A stretch of 64,000 nucleotides of DNA from assembly GCF_028641065.1 (NCBI RefSeq), contig NC_073398.1, positions 20,832,001 through 20,896,000 of the forward strand, written 5' to 3'. The notes below the pieces were generated by a model that ran no database searches, was not told where the DNA came from, and saw nothing but the letters and a program-made list of their open reading frames with translations. A program made the translations under genes and the position numbers. This document shows, piece by piece, positions 63,681 to 64,000 of the stretch. Numbering within the stretch: position 1 is the stretch's first letter; each line of letters begins with the position of its first letter. Origin of the DNA: Leucoraja erinacea. Its lineage: Eukaryota.

Positions 63681-63961
63681 GTTTGATCCGGATTTTGTAT
63701 GTAATGCTTCTGATAACAGAGGCCGCTATGCTTATAACCGACAACCTGAAATCTGTAAATGGAATCTGGGCAAACTGGCAGAAGTCCTGGTTCCTGAGCT
63801 TACCCTGGAAGTGGGTCAGTCTATCATTGAAGAGGAATTTAATTCAGAGTTTGACCAACACTCCCTGCAAAAGATGAGGAAAAAATTGGGTCTACTTAGA
63901 TGTGAGAAGGCAGAGGATGAAGCGTTAGTTTCTGATCTATTGCATGTTTTCCATTCAACAG
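63681..63961 (+). CDS. SELENOO: SELENOO coding exon 5 (FDPDFVCNASDNRGRYAYNRQPEICKWNL...HST); gene continues beyond the window
   Basis: N.SD..GRY.Y..QP....WNL motif; ttcaag acceptor, G|gtttgt donor. Confidence 0.93.
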
Positions 63962-64000
63962 GTTTGTAGGATAGTTTTATGCTTCCTATAGAATTAACCA

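Noticed and set aside
55581-64000. Selenocysteine UGA and SECIS element of SELENOO
   Set aside because: Both lie at the 3' end of the gene, beyond this window.

Overview
Vertebrate genomic DNA, very likely a cartilaginous fish such as a skate or ray (inferred from the repeat content: V-SINE/HE1-like SINEs, CR1, Rex1/Babar, L2 and Penelope relics). Three host genes are supported. (1) An intronless tetraspanin of TSPAN6/7-like type on the minus strand (13675-14409, ORF open up to 14799). (2) A complete TRABD on the plus strand (CpG-island promoter near 25.2-25.7 kb, 9 coding exons 33062-48044, 370 aa). (3) The first five coding exons of SELENOO on the plus strand (55581-63961; the Sec codon and SECIS lie outside the window). 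A decayed near full-length Gypsy LTR retrotransposon occupies 19986-24047 (minus). The most unusual signal is a family of about 25 short (90-250 bp) non-coding elements that carry a minimal type I hammerhead ribozyme motif (CTGAAGA-a-GGGT-loop-ACCC-GAAACGTC). Many occur as two inverted arms, many are flanked by 11-15 bp direct repeats, and a Penelope GIY-YIG endonuclease relic in the same window is a candidate mobilising partner. Exon boundaries were read by hand; most repeat boundaries are approximate. No alignments, folding or database searches were run.
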